A stretch of 56,995 bases of DNA, filler included, from Catajapyx aquilonaris (Eukaryota): the NCBI GenBank assembly GCA_000934665.2. It is 4 parts of 4 records of this genome, joined end to end, with 100 filler letters (N's around TTAATTAATTAA, not from the genome) between each part and the next. Parts side by side here need not be neighbours in the genome. Positions count along the whole stretch, not along the records: positions 14,284 to 28,457 come from JYFJ02007856.1; positions 28,558 to 42,726 come from JYFJ02007857.1; 2 more parts are not named here. The stretch is one strand, 5' to 3'. Positions within the stretch are counted from its first letter, which is position 1. Each line of letters opens with the position of its first letter. Positions 23,663-35,454 of the stretch are shown piece by piece. Made by a program: the position numbers and the translations under genes. Below the pieces are notes generated by a model, which did not search any database, had not been told where the DNA came from, and worked only from the letters and a program-made list of their open reading frames with translations.

Positions 23663-25744
23663 GTGATCTAGTGGTTAAGACTCTCTCTTCGTAACCTGAA
23701 GGTTGAAGGATCGAATCCTGAAAGGAAGACGTCGTTTCTTTTTATCGCTATGGACCTTTCCCGCTGTTACTTTATCTCTCATTTCACATTTATTTCTCTT
23801 TGAAGTGCATCTGGTAAATAGGCTAGACCCTTCCAACACACACAACTTTGTTGCAACAGAGCGTGGCTTTGTGGTAACGCATCGGACTCTCGATCGAAGG
23901 GTTCTGGGATCTAATCCCGGTGCTCCTTCGATTGTGGTCTGATTTAAGCCGTGGATTTAAAAAAAAATTTGCAGCCGACATCTCTGGCCAAGATGGCGAC
24001 TGTTCCTTCGCAGTTTCCCCAACACTTCTTCAGGGGTGTCAGAGGAGCAGCGGAGAGGGGGAGGAAAGGGAGGGAGGGAGGGAGGGGAGATTTTTTTTTG
24101 GAAATTTTTAAGACCCCTGCTTAATGGGAGGAGGCGGTCACTTTTTTCGAACAAAAAAGTCAAAGAAATAAAAAGTCAATAAAATGATCAAGTGGCTTCG
24201 CTTGTGTTGTCCATCCCGGCAGCCCCCACCCTACGCACCCCATAGTCCCTACCCATAGTCCCTACATTTGTCTTATACCAGGGAGTTCCATTCTCAAACC
24301 TAATAGCCCCCCAATTAATCGCCCCCAGAATTTAAACTATAGGTCCAATAAATTCACCAGCACATGCAAATGATTCGGCACAATTTTTAGGGCATTTTCA
24401 ATGGTTTGTTGCCGGCTGACCTTTGACCTGAAAGGCCCTAGTATTAGGTTTTTGGTCTGTGGCCAGGCCCTACCTCGGTCTCCATCTGTCGGAGCTTTCG
24501 TAATGAGACTGTACAGAGCACAGTACTTAGATATACAGTATATCTCGCGATGTGAGGTAGTATGCCCCTAGCCAAACGTAGTGGCAGGTATCATTATCTA
24601 TGCATGTGACGTAGGCGAGTGGTCACCTCCTTGGGGTCATCAGGACGGACTTGCGGCATCACTGTTTCGTGGCATTGCTCTATGAATTATTAAAATAATA
24701 AATTCCAACCCGCTTCTGCTGTGCGTGGAGATGCGCATATCGTCAATGTGGTTTTAGATAGGCAAATTTTGGTGTAGGCTTGGTCGCCTTCCTGTCTCTT
24801 TGACCTTACATATTCCCCCCTTTCCACCCCCGCCCCTCTACCCACAAGGACAGGCGGACTGCTACATTTGGCTAGCAGGCTAGGGGCATACTACCTCACA
24901 TCGAGAGATGTACTCTATATCTAGGTACTGTGCTCTGTACAGTCTCATTACGAAAGCTCCGACAGATGGAGACCGAGGTAGGGCCTGGCCACAGACCAAG
25001 AACCTAATACTAGGGCCTTTCAGGTCAAAGGTCAGCCTGCAACAAACCATTGAAAATGCCCTAAAAATTGTGCCGAATCATTTGCATGTGCTGGTGAATT
25101 TATTGGACCTATAGTTTAAATTCTGGGGGCGATTAATTGGGGGGCTATTAGGTTTGAGAATGGAACTCCCTGGTATAAGACAAATGTAGGGACTATGGGG
25201 TGCGTAGGGTGGGGGCTGCCGGGATGGACAACACAAGCGAAGCCACTTGATCATTTTTATGACTTTTTATTATTTTGACTTTTTTCTTCGAAAAAAGTGA
25301 CCGCCCCCTCCCATTAAGCAGGTGTCTTAAAAATTTCCAAAAATCTTTCTCCCCTCCCCCCCTTTCCTCCCCCTCTCCGCTGCTCCTCTGAAGAAGTGTT
25401 GGGAAAACTGCGAAGGAACAGTCGCCATCTTGGCCAGAGATGTCGGCTGCAAATTTTTTTTAAATCAGACCACAATCGGAGGAGCACCGGGATTAGATCC
25501 CAGAACCCTTCGATCGAGAGTCCGATGCGTTACCACAAAGCCACGCTCTGTTGCAACAAAGTTGTGTGTGTTGGAAGGGTCTAGCCTATTTACCAGATGC
25601 ACTTCAAAGAGAAATAAATGTGAAATGAGAGATGAAGTAACAGCGAGAAAGGTCCATAGCGATAAAAAGAAACGACGTCTTCCTTTCAGGATTCGATCCT
25701 TCAACCTTCAGGTTACGAAGAGAGAGTCTTAACCACTAGACCAC
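23663..25744. mobile_element. Foldback element: ~900-bp near-identical inverted arms around a ~280-bp loop
   Basis: Left arm 23663-24581 is the reverse complement of right arm 24862-25744. The ORFs at 23703(+) and 25465(-) translate almost identically. Confidence 0.9.
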
Positions 25745-26639
25745 TGCGCTACTTCGACACTGACACTCTCTCCAGCATGTACTTATTGTAAAGAAAGGGC
25801 GCCACAAAATTCAACAATCACCATAAAATATTTGATTTAGGTTACATTTTTAGCCTTATTAGTGTGTTAATAAGTAAAAGAATGTGATAATTTGTGTTTC
25901 AGTATATTCTTAAAAAATATCCGTGTGCCAAAAAAAAACCCTGTTATGATTTCTTTTCATGTGATTTTTTTTTTTTAAATTGTGGTATAAAAATTTCCCT
26001 GGTATAAAAATTCACGTGGTATGAAAATATCCATGCTATGAACATTCACGTGGTATAAAAATATGTGCTCTGCAGAGAAGGGGGAAAAAATCCATGCCAA
26101 TTTTGGGAGTTGGGCCCTTTGGCTTATTGAATTGTGGTCTTCAATTGAAGACTGAAGACCACAATTCAATAAGGGCTCAATTGTGAAAATTGAAAATGTT
26201 CAGGAAGTGAAAAAAACTATTTATTTCTGTTTCTGTTCATGGTAGGCAATTTCGCTCTAAACCTAATGACAGATATGTACAACATGAATACCTGATAGCA
26301 CTTTCATTGAAATGTCCACGTAATTTATATTTTATTTAAATACTTTTAATGCTCACAATTGGGCCCTTATTGCATTGTATCGTTCATTTGGCTTAAATAT
26401 GGAGAAATAAACCGTCTCAGGGTAAAAGTAATGAAGATTATGATATACAGGAGACAGAGTATATGAGAGTAATTACACACTATATTTAATTAAATTTAAT
26501 GTTTTTTGGTCTCCCATGCCACCTTATAGAGTAGCGGCAATTTTTGACCACTTCAGAGGGCGTAGGTCAAAGATTTTTTGGTGACATATAGACCCACGAG
26601 TCTACTTGATTTTCCACTAGGTTTAGCACTGCTGCCTCA

Positions 26640-28190
26640 GAGGGAACGTTCTAATGGTAAAGTACGGTAACGCATTTCCTGTAGAAGCAGTTCTTAGACA
26701 AAATTCACATCGCGCTTCAAAGTATAGGGGATTGCCAGAAATCAGAACAATATTGTCAGCGTAAGCTAATAAGTGAACATCGAGGGAGTTCGGAGCAATG
26801 GACATCCCTGGCATCCCTACTGCGAACATGTGCGCATCAATGTCCGATATGAACATGTTAAATAGGACTGGAGATAATGGCTCTCCCTGCAGAACCCCGC
26901 ATCCAACCGTTAGCTCTCCTGGCACTCTGGGGAACCAACCTTACTTTGGCATAGATGTTTATCAGTATATTAATGAATGTGTAAAGCCGGCTCCACAGAA
27001 TGTTGTGCTGTATACTGTCGAAAGCCTTCGATAGATCAACAAAGAGAGCGAACAGTCTACCCTTGGCTTTGAACCCAATATTCAACACATGGCAGATTAT
27101 TTCAGGGCAAAGCAATTGCAGATCAACAAGGATAATACGAAAGTTATGGTCTTCTCCAGGTCGGGCAGGAAATACAAACGCGACTTCCAGATGGATGACT
27201 CCGGACTGGAGCAAGTCACGAATTACACGTATTTAGGGGTCCCCTTTTTTCAACAATGGGAATTTTCGCAGAACAGCCTTATATTTCGCGAATAAAGCAA
27301 AAGCAGCAGTGCACGCCCTCTGGCCAACTCTCCTTAAACTTAAATTACGAGATCCAGATATTGCATTTAAAATATTCCATACAAAAATATTTCCTGTCGT
27401 GTCTTACCAGTTTGGACGCTGGATCGCTGGATACTACAACGAAATCGAAGTAGTGTACAATCTTTTCATTACGAAGAAACTTTTTGCCTTGCCAAGGACA
27501 ACGGCAGGGTATTTCCTCCGCCTGGAACTGGGTACAGAACCTCTCCAAGGCAGACTGGCTAAATTACAATTAGGATATGTTAAGAAGCTGAAGTTTGCTC
27601 AAAGACAATCGCTGTTATCGTTATAGTTTCACCGGAATTTAGCGATGTCCTCCACGTCTTCAAAAAGAATGTCCTGGATAAATCATGCCCATAAACAACT
27701 CATGCTAACTAACATCTCGGCAGATAGTTTTGTTGATCTGGACCCATATTCGTGCCTTAGTAATCTGGCTGAATGACTTCATATGGCCGATCGCGAAAAA
27801 CTAAGAAACACTACCAGATATACGGATTTTAAGCTAACATACTTCAGCGGTGAAAATAATACGTCATATTTGCTGTCACCCTTGCCACTACAGACCAAAC
27901 AGCTAATCTTAAACATAAAAAACACGTCGACATACCTAAAAATTGGCTCATCTTTTTTAACCCTCACTCCTGATTATAATTTCACACATATATATGAGGC
28001 ATTCCACGTCAAGCGGGCCACCTTTCCGACAAATCTTCGAGGACTTTGACCAAATTGTAATGACATGTACTACTCATCGACCTATGCCGGAAGCCAAAAT
28101 CTTATACCTCTGCGTTGCGTGGTTGCGTAACTACAGGGTGCGGAATCTACCAATTTATGCGGATTTTTGCAACGCATGCAGTCACTTGCA
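26640..28190 (+). mobile_element. Degenerate non-LTR retrotransposon RT region with an internal inversion (26716-27073)
   Basis: The minus strand carries FVDLSKAFDSI, GVLQGEPLSPVLFNMFI and LLAYADNIVL. The plus strand continues with INKDNTKVMVF...YTYLGV...KKLFALPRTTAGYFLRLELG. Outer boundaries are approximate. Confidence 0.85.
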
Positions 28191-28457
28191 TTATCATAAC
28201 TCCCAGAGGATAAGTGCAAATGCTAAACTTGATGTATGCGTTGGATACGTATTTTATCGCTCTATAAGATGGCCATACCGAGGATTAAGAGAATCAAAAA
28301 TTTAAAGTCAAAAATTGGCGCTCCAATTTTGATTTTGATTTTTCTCAAACTTGGACCTTCTTGATTTTTTTTGAATGACTCTTAAAATGAAGCTGAACAT
28401 GTCTGGCCGATATTTTCGAAAACTCCCCGAGACCGAAATTGGTCTTTCTCGCGCTAT

Positions 28458-28557
28458 NNNNNNNNNNNNNNNNNNNNNNNNNNNNNNNNNNNNNNNNNNN
28501 NTTAATTAATTAANNNNNNNNNNNNNNNNNNNNNNNNNNNNNNNNNNNNNNNNNNNN
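28458..28557. other. Artificial contig linker
   Basis: N44-TTAATTAATTAA-N44. Confidence 0.97.
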
Positions 28558-29141
28558 GTATCATGGTGATGATCGAAGCGTCTTTGTTCATCAAGGTATA
28601 GTTGTGCAATTTGGGATTATTTAATGCTTATAATAATAATATAATATAATAATAAAATAATAATATGATAATAAGAATAAACGATAAAAAATGTTATTAA
28701 TTGGTTCATCCATTAGCTGAGTGGCTGGAAGGTTAAATGTTTCACATTATAATAATTCACATATAATAATATAATATAGTATATAATATAATATAATATG
28801 TAATATAATATAATATAATATGTAATATAATATATAACATAATATAATATATAATATAATACATAATATAATACAATATAATATATAACATAATACAATA
28901 TAATATATAATACAATATAATATATAATACAATATAATATAATATATAATATAATATAATATATAATATAATATAATGTAATATAATATATTTAATAAGG
29001 ATAAGGGATAAATATAATCCTTGAATTAATTAATTTGTTCATCGATTTACTGAGTAGCTTGAATGTTTAATGGTCCACAGATTGGCTTATTAGCATTAGA
29101 ATGGCTGATGGACAAAGACGCTTTGATCATCACCATGATAC
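28558..29141. mobile_element. Inverted-repeat element enclosing an (ATAAT)-type low-complexity tract
   Basis: GTATCATGGTGATGATCGAAGCGTCTTTGTTCATCA pairs with TGATGGACAAAGACGCTTTGATCATCACCATGATAC. AT-rich microsatellite at about 28750-28995. Confidence 0.65.
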
Positions 29142-29774
29142 AAATCTAATTATTATTGTGTAAAATGCGGAAGTAAGATCTCTGGGTTACATTTATCCAT
29201 AAGGTTGAAGATCTTACGCAGCCCAGTCTTGTTTCAGTAATTTCTATCCGTTACTTGGATCCTACTTTCCATTTTTTACAATTCCGTAGGGAATTAGTTT
29301 TTGTGATAATATGGGGCCACAATGACAGATCCCCTGGTGGCCCTGGATACCACTATCGCTCTCTTGCACTATGCTCCTATGTTACACATTCTGTTAGATA
29401 TGGCAACCCGCGATAGTGGGGTCTAGGGGTTTATTTGGAAGAAGCCAAACTGCCAAAGCAACAATGGCTATCTGGCTATAGAAGACGAAAAGGTGGGACA
29501 GATGGAGAGAGATACGAAGAGGAAATAGTTGCAGCCGAGAAATCATATTTTTTCACTACTAAACCTCTCTATATCTGCACCCCAGCAATGACGATGTGGC
29601 GTAACCCGATAAGAACACACTCCAGGAACAGCATCCTTTTGGGCACTAATCGCCACTCACACATGTATGTAGGAAAGGCTGCTGCCACAACACCAGAGAT
29701 AATCCATACTACATAAGTACATCTCTCTGTACGCAATATTCATCATTCCCATTTTGGAACAACATAGAGCAACA

Positions 29775-30576
29775 ATGATCTTCGCAGCCACTCTCCTCCT
29801 TCTCTTGGCCTTTGCAGCAGCCCAAGACGAGGTGAGTAGATTCAAGTGATTGTCGAGAAACATTTTGTCACATTTCTACTCGTTATTCAGCCTGCTCGTT
29901 GCCGACACCCTGATGAGGTCCCCGAAAGTTCTGCAGGAGAGTTTGAAGCTGCGATGATGGTCTGCCGAGATCAAGATGATGAGGTTGGTTTTTTAAAATC
30001 TTTTAGAATGATTGCTGCATCACTATTGGACTATTATGACACTATGTTCATCATGCCTTTTCAGTGTACTGGTATGCAATGCTTCTTTGATGTGCTAGAT
30101 CTGGTATGTAGTGTCTGTACTGAATATTATTGCAATTGTAATTATTTTGCGCTTAATAATTACTGGTGTAGCTTGATGAAGATGGAACAGTGAAACCTGA
30201 GGAGTTGGTAGATATGATGCTGCCCAAAGAAGGATATGAAGAAACCAGGGAGTACATGATCGAGACGATTACTGACTGTATAGAAAAAGGTTAGTTTACA
30301 CGTGCACCCTATACACAATCATGCTGTGATAATGTTGTGTTAATTTATTAATATATTAAATTTTGATCCAGATGAAGGTGCATCCTCGGAGGAATGTGGA
30401 GTTCTACGACCCCTATTATGCGCAGGAAAATCATTTAAACAGGTACGGTATAATGCTTGTGAAATTTTCTTCATTCATAGTTAGCAGTTATTCATTTTAT
30501 CTTTTGTAGAGTAGCTGGTTTATGTGGGTTGTTTATATTCCTCGTAATTTTTGTATTGCAGGACTGCGATTGGTAA
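29775..30576 (+). CDS. Secreted 8-Cys OBP-like protein, paralog A (130 aa)
   Basis: Exons 29775-29831, 29891-29983, 30065-30103, 30172-30289, 30372-30442, 30562-30576, all GT-AG. Protein: MIFAATLLLLLAFAAAQDEPARCRHPDEVPESSAGEFEAAMMVCRDQDDECTGMQCFFDVLDLLDEDGTVKPEELVDMMLPKEGYEETREYMIETITDCIEKDEGASSEECGVLRPLLCAGKSFKQDCDW. The gene model is read directly from the sequence; the OBP assignment is inference. Confidence 0.88.
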
Positions 30577-30738
30577 TTGCCAGATGACTATATCGGTAAT
30601 GATTATGGATCGTGACGTTGAGATTTGATGTCTGTAATTCTTTCGATTAGTTGTAGTATGTTCTGAAAATTTCACTCTTGTATAATGTGGAATGCCAATT
30701 AAAAACAAATATAGCAGTTTTTTAATCTTATACATATG

Positions 30739-30890
30739 TCACAACGTATGTCCCCCTTGTCCTAGATGCAAATCAATACGGAGGCCTCGACGTATGCCCC
30801 AGGGTGATCATTAGGGGTAGTTTTTAACGGGGAAGGTTTTTAGCACATTGAACTTGACCTCCGAGGTCATCCTTGCCGCAGGAGGCGAAA
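30739..30890 (+). repeat. Interspersed repeat; two tandem copies at ~56394-56662
   Basis: CACAACGTATGTCCCC...GGCCTCGACGTATGCCCCAGGGTGATCATTAGGGGTAGTTTTTAACG...GACTTGACCTCCGAGGTCATCCTTG. Confidence 0.85.
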
Positions 30891-31200
30891 GGGCAGCAAA
30901 GAAGGAACCCCGGATGTAGCATCGATCCTTCTCCCTCCGCATGACCACCTTTTTTCACTAGCCCTACTTCAGAGCCTACCCCAAGCTGACCTTATGGATT
31001 GGAGATAACATTCTCATTACATAAGTACATTCTATAATATCACATACGCAATTCGACATGGCGGAAGTGATTGGAACAATATCCATCACTCACACTTGTA
31101 CAGGAAAGGGCTGCAATCATACAACTAGAGATAATCCGTATTTTTAACCACAGCCATATGCAAATAGCCTTCATTTCAAATAGGAACAAATAGAGCAACA

Positions 31201-31951
31201 ATGATCTTAGCGGCCATACTGCTTCTGTCGGTCCTCACAGCCGCCCAAGACACAGTGAGTTGATATGAATTATTTCTGCTCATAAGTTAACAATTATTTG
31301 AACATAAATTACGACTAGCACCATTATAGCCTGCCCATTGCCGTCACCCTGATGATCTCCCGAGTAGTGATCGGGAGCACCTGTTCTATGAGGCGGTTGC
31401 ACATTGTGAGGAAGCTGGAGTCACCGGAATGGTATAATCTTGATTTGTTGCTGTGACTGGCATTAGTTAAAACATCGAATAACACTTTCTTCCACAGTGC
31501 GAGAGTTCAACATGTCTCCTTCAATACCTGGATACGGTATGTATCGTGTGCTAAATAGTGTGAGAATTATTATCTGGATGCTTGTTACTAGCTTGATGAG
31601 GATGGAACCGTGAAACCAAAGGAGATGGCGGAAATACTTTTTGGCGAAGGATATGAGGAAAGTAAGGAATATTTTGCCGGACTGATTTCTCTCTGCATAG
31701 AACATGGTGAGTGTGCACTGTACACTTCATTATGAAATGAGAGTAGATAATAATCTTTGGTGATTAATTCAACCAGGAGCTGAACGAATGAGAGCTTGCG
31801 GTGTAATTGCACCAGTAGATTGCGCAGTGGATATATATACTGAGGTAGTGTGTACTTTTGAAATCATCTCACTGCAAAAGTGTCCCAAAGTAATGGTTAC
31901 TCGTTACAGAAATACATTGCACATTTCTCTTAACAGGAATGCCTGTGGTAA
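31201..31951 (+). CDS. Secreted 8-Cys OBP-like protein, paralog B (130 aa, most divergent)
   Basis: Exons 31201-31254, 31330-31431, 31498-31536, 31592-31706, 31777-31844, 31937-31951. Protein: MILAAILLLSVLTAAQDTPAHCRHPDDLPSSDREHLFYEAVAHCEEAGVTGMCESSTCLLQYLDTLDEDGTVKPKEMAEILFGEGYEESKEYFAGLISLCIEHGAERMRACGVIAPVDCAVDIYTEECLW. AATAAA at ~32070. Confidence 0.87.
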
Positions 31952-32329
31952 ATATGAAGACGACTTCAGAACTGTAATGACGATGACACGTGTAATCCGA
32001 ACTGGACACCCTAATATTTGTAACAAGTACCGTAATTATTTTTTCTCCCCACTGTTATTAGGGAAATGGAAATAAAATAAATGGAAATGCAACTATTAAC
32101 TGTTATTATTGTACTCCTATTCATAACATGGAGGTTCTAGTTAGTTTTTCCATAAGAATAAATTCATATGCAAATTCGAATACAGTATTTTAAAGGTATG
32201 AGTTCCAATAAAATATAGGAGTATTTTTTAAATTACGTAATTCACTACTCTCAATAGTATATTGCATAGTCAGCCTAATGTGTATATCTTTATTATTATT
32301 AAGTATCACATCAGTATACCAATGCAGGC

Positions 32330-32497
32330 ATGGAACGATATGAACACACTCCAGGAAGCAGTGACATGAACACTAATCGTCACTCACACATTAATGTAGG
32401 AAACGCTCTATCCACCCAAAGAGATAATACACACTACATAAGTGTGCACACATTGTGCCATACTATTCATTCCCCTTTGGAACAACAGAGAGCAACA
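32330..32497 (+). promoter_or_regulatory. Conserved proximal promoter block of the OBP-like genes (also upstream of A, D and E; partial at B)
   Basis: GAACACACTCCAGGAAGCAG...CACTAATCGTCACTCACAC...GTAGGAA...AGAGATAAT...TACATAAGT, followed ~30 nt later by TCATTC, which matches the arthropod Inr consensus TCAKTY. Confidence 0.7.
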
Positions 32498-33557
32498 ATG
32501 AGGTTCTTCGCAGCCACCCTCCTTCTTCTCTTGGCCTTTGCAGCAGCCGAAGACAAGGTAAGTTCATTCAAGTGATTGTTGAGAAATGTTCCCTCACATT
32601 ATTTTCTTCTCATTATTCAGCCTGCTCACTGCCAACACCCTGATGAACCTAACGAAAGCATGCTAGGAGAACTGCGATCAGCGCAAATTATCTGCCAGGA
32701 TCTAAGGGAAAGTGTTAGTTTGATTTTGACTTTTTAAATATTCTAAATCTTAACTACAATTTTGGCAAATTCAACAAGTGCAATTTGGACTAATTATTAT
32801 CGCACCATATTCATTTTGTCTTTTCAGTGTGATGGTGAAAGATGCATATTCGAGGTGCTAGGCCTGGTATGTATACAGTATACAAGTGTGGGGGGAGTGA
32901 ACTCATGATCATTACAATTATTGTAGACTATTTTTGTGCCTAATGCTTTACTCCGTTGTGGTACATAGCTTGATGACGATGGAAACATAAAACCAAAGGA
33001 GATGGTGGATTTCTTTCTGCCCGGAGAAGGATACGAAGAGACCAAGGAGTTCTTCGTCGAAACGATTGCCCACTGCATCGAAACAGGTTAGTTTGTACAA
33101 TACTGTAGGCCTACTCAAGCACCCTGCACACAGACATATAAGGTTAATTCAGATGAAAACGACCAACAGTCATATAGAATGTGTCGAGTGACTGAATGGC
33201 CAACTGTCATTGTGTCATAGTACTACACCGGTACTGCCTTCGTTTTGTGTATAAGATGTCCCGACAAACCCAAATGGAGATTAGCTGTATGAGCATGGCT
33301 CGTTTTCATCTGAATGACCATAATAATTTATAATATTATAAACGAGAATATTACTCATCATTGCTTTACTGCAGGTGAAGGTGAAACTCTGGAGGGATGT
33401 GAATGGGCGAAACCTCTAGCATGCACATCAGAAAAATTCCGGAGTGTAAGAATAAATTACTTCAACTCACTGAAACTTATTTTCTGCACTTGCCAGCCTA
33501 TATAAATTATTAATGCTCCTCGTATTTGCTGTGTTACAGGAATGCGGAGTGTACTAG
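32498..33557 (+). CDS. Secreted 8-Cys OBP-like protein, paralog C (132 aa)
   Basis: Exons 32498-32557, 32621-32713, 32828-32866, 32969-33086, 33375-33445, 33540-33557. Protein: MRFFAATLLLLLAFAAAEDKPAHCQHPDEPNESMLGELRSAQIICQDLRESCDGERCIFEVLGLLDDDGNIKPKEMVDFFLPGEGYEETKEFFVETIAHCIETGEGETLEGCEWAKPLACTSEKFRSECGVY. Confidence 0.88.
33142..33319. mobile_element. MITE in intron 4 of paralog C
   Basis: GGTTAATTCAGATGAAAACGA ... TCGTTTTCATCTGAATGACC inverted ends. Confidence 0.7.
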
Positions 33558-34330
33558 ACAGAATGATGACTCTATACATCGGTAATGGAAATTGATTGCG
33601 ACAAGAAGACTTTGAAATTTAGGCTTGCAATTTATACACAGCACACCTATATACTGTACATTCTTTTCACTCCTGCATATTTCGAACTGAAAATATATTA
33701 AATAATTAATAATATTGTGTTTGGGGTTTATTACTAATTCCCCATTCATGGGCCAATATTACTCTTATATTATGCAAGCTCGAAGATGTAATGATTGAGC
33801 AATAATAATTGAACCAATCAGCAGAACACAGGAAGAGCTTCAGCCTTGCCATGATATCATTTCCGCAATATAAGATGTGAAACAACTTGTGCGACTATTG
33901 TATTGCATTTATTTGTTGTTGAAAGGCTCATCCATAGCAAAAAGGGACTATAAACTCCTTTCTTGCTCATTTGTGCACCATATGACCATATGTTATGTGA
34001 TTCAATCTTCTCTGCGTATGTGCCCTCGTCGGTATATTGCCTAACCAGATATGACGATATGAACACACCCTATAGGAAGCGGAAAATTCGACACTAATCA
34101 GCCCCTCACACATGATTGTATATTGGAAAAGCTCATCAGTATACCAATGCAGGCCTGACCAGCCTGACCCAATATGAACACACTCCAGGAAGCAGCGACA
34201 TGAGCACTAATCGTCACTCACACATGGATGTAGGAACAGCTCCATCCACCGACAGAGATAATGCACACTACAAAAGTGCAGATATTGTGCCATACTATTC
34301 ATTCCCATTTTGGAACAACAGAGAGCAACA

Positions 34331-35222
34331 ATGATCTTCGCAGCCATCCTTGTCCTTCTCTTGGCCTTTGCAGCAGCCCAAGACGTGGTAAGTCCATTCA
34401 AGTGATTGTTAAGAAAGGTTTGTTGTATTTCTTCTCGTTATTCAGCCTGCTCACTGCCAACAACCGGATGAACTATCCGAGAGCGTGATAGGAGAACTGG
34501 AAGCAGCGCATAAGATCTGCCAGGATCGAGGCCTAAATGATAGGGTTAGTTTGATTTTAACTTGTGAAATATTCTGCATCTCTTAACAACCTGCATCACA
34601 ATTTCTTCAAACTGAACAAGTACATGTTGGGCTAATAAGTAATAACATATTCATCTTGTCTTTTCAGTGTGATTTTAAAAGATGCGCATTCGAGGTACTG
34701 GACCTGGTGTGTACAGTACAGTGTGGGGGCAGTGATTAATGATCATTACAGTTGTATTTTTGAATAATGCTTTACTCAGTTGTGGTACATAGCTTGATGA
34801 CGATGGAAACATAAAACCACAGGAGTTGGTGGACTTCTCTCTGCCCGAAGAAGGATACGAAGAGACCAAGGAGTTCTTCGTCGAAGCCTTTAACCGCTGT
34901 AAAGAAACAGGTTTGTTTGTACTGTATACTCAAGCACCCTACACAACAGACATATAAAGTTAACTCGCTTTGCGTTTTCATCTGAACGACCATAATATAT
35001 TATAAAAGAGAATATTACTCATCATTGCAGGTGAAGGTGAAGCTCCGGGGGGATGTGAGTTCGGGAAACCTCTACAATGCGCATCGGAAAAATTCGATAT
35101 TGTAAGACTTACTGTAGAATTCTTCATCTGAATGAAAGTTATTTTTATGTACGTGCCAGCTAATACAAATCATTAATGCTCCTCGTACTTTTGCCGTGTT
35201 ACAGGAATGCGGATTGTCCTAG
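34331..35222 (+). CDS. Secreted 8-Cys OBP-like protein, paralog D (133 aa)
   Basis: Exons 34331-34387, 34446-34544, 34668-34706, 34793-34910, 35031-35101, 35205-35222. Protein: MIFAAILVLLLAFAAAQDVPAHCQQPDELSESVIGELEAAHKICQDRGLNDRCDFKRCAFEVLDLLDDDGNIKPQELVDFSLPEEGYEETKEFFVEAFNRCKETGEGEAPGGCEFGKPLQCASEKFDIECGLS. Confidence 0.88.
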
Positions 35223-35454
35223 ACTGATGACTCTATACATCGGTAATGGAAATTGATTGCGACAAGAAGACTTTGAAATTTAGGCTTGTAATTTACACAC
35301 AGAACACGCCTACTGTATATTCTTTTCACTCCTGCATATTTCGAACTGAAAATAAATTTAATGAATAATATGATTGTGTTTGGGGTTGATTATCCTGTAC
35401 GACATTTTCCTTCCGTCCTAGTCCCCCATCAACCTGATATGTATTATAATGTAC

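Noticed and set aside
23651..24644. TGGGGTCATCAGG at both the mariner/foldback junction and in the foldback loop
   Set aside because: The junction copy can be explained largely by the mariner (Y)DP codons. A single 13-mer match is too weak to call a TSD or recombination site.
28713..28932. Tyr/Ile-rich ORFs
   Set aside because: They are translations of an AT-rich microsatellite.
29910..29945. CTGATGAGGTCCCCGAAAG resembles a minimal hammerhead ribozyme core
   Set aside because: It lies in a coding exon (PDEVPES), stems I and III and the cleavage triplet do not pair correctly, and it is not conserved in the four paralogs.
30172..30215. EF-hand-like DLLDEDGTVKPEEL loop suggesting a calcium-binding protein
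   Set aside because: The first Asp is out of register, there is no paired second EF-hand, and the proteins are secreted and Cys-rich. The same turn is typical of OBPs.
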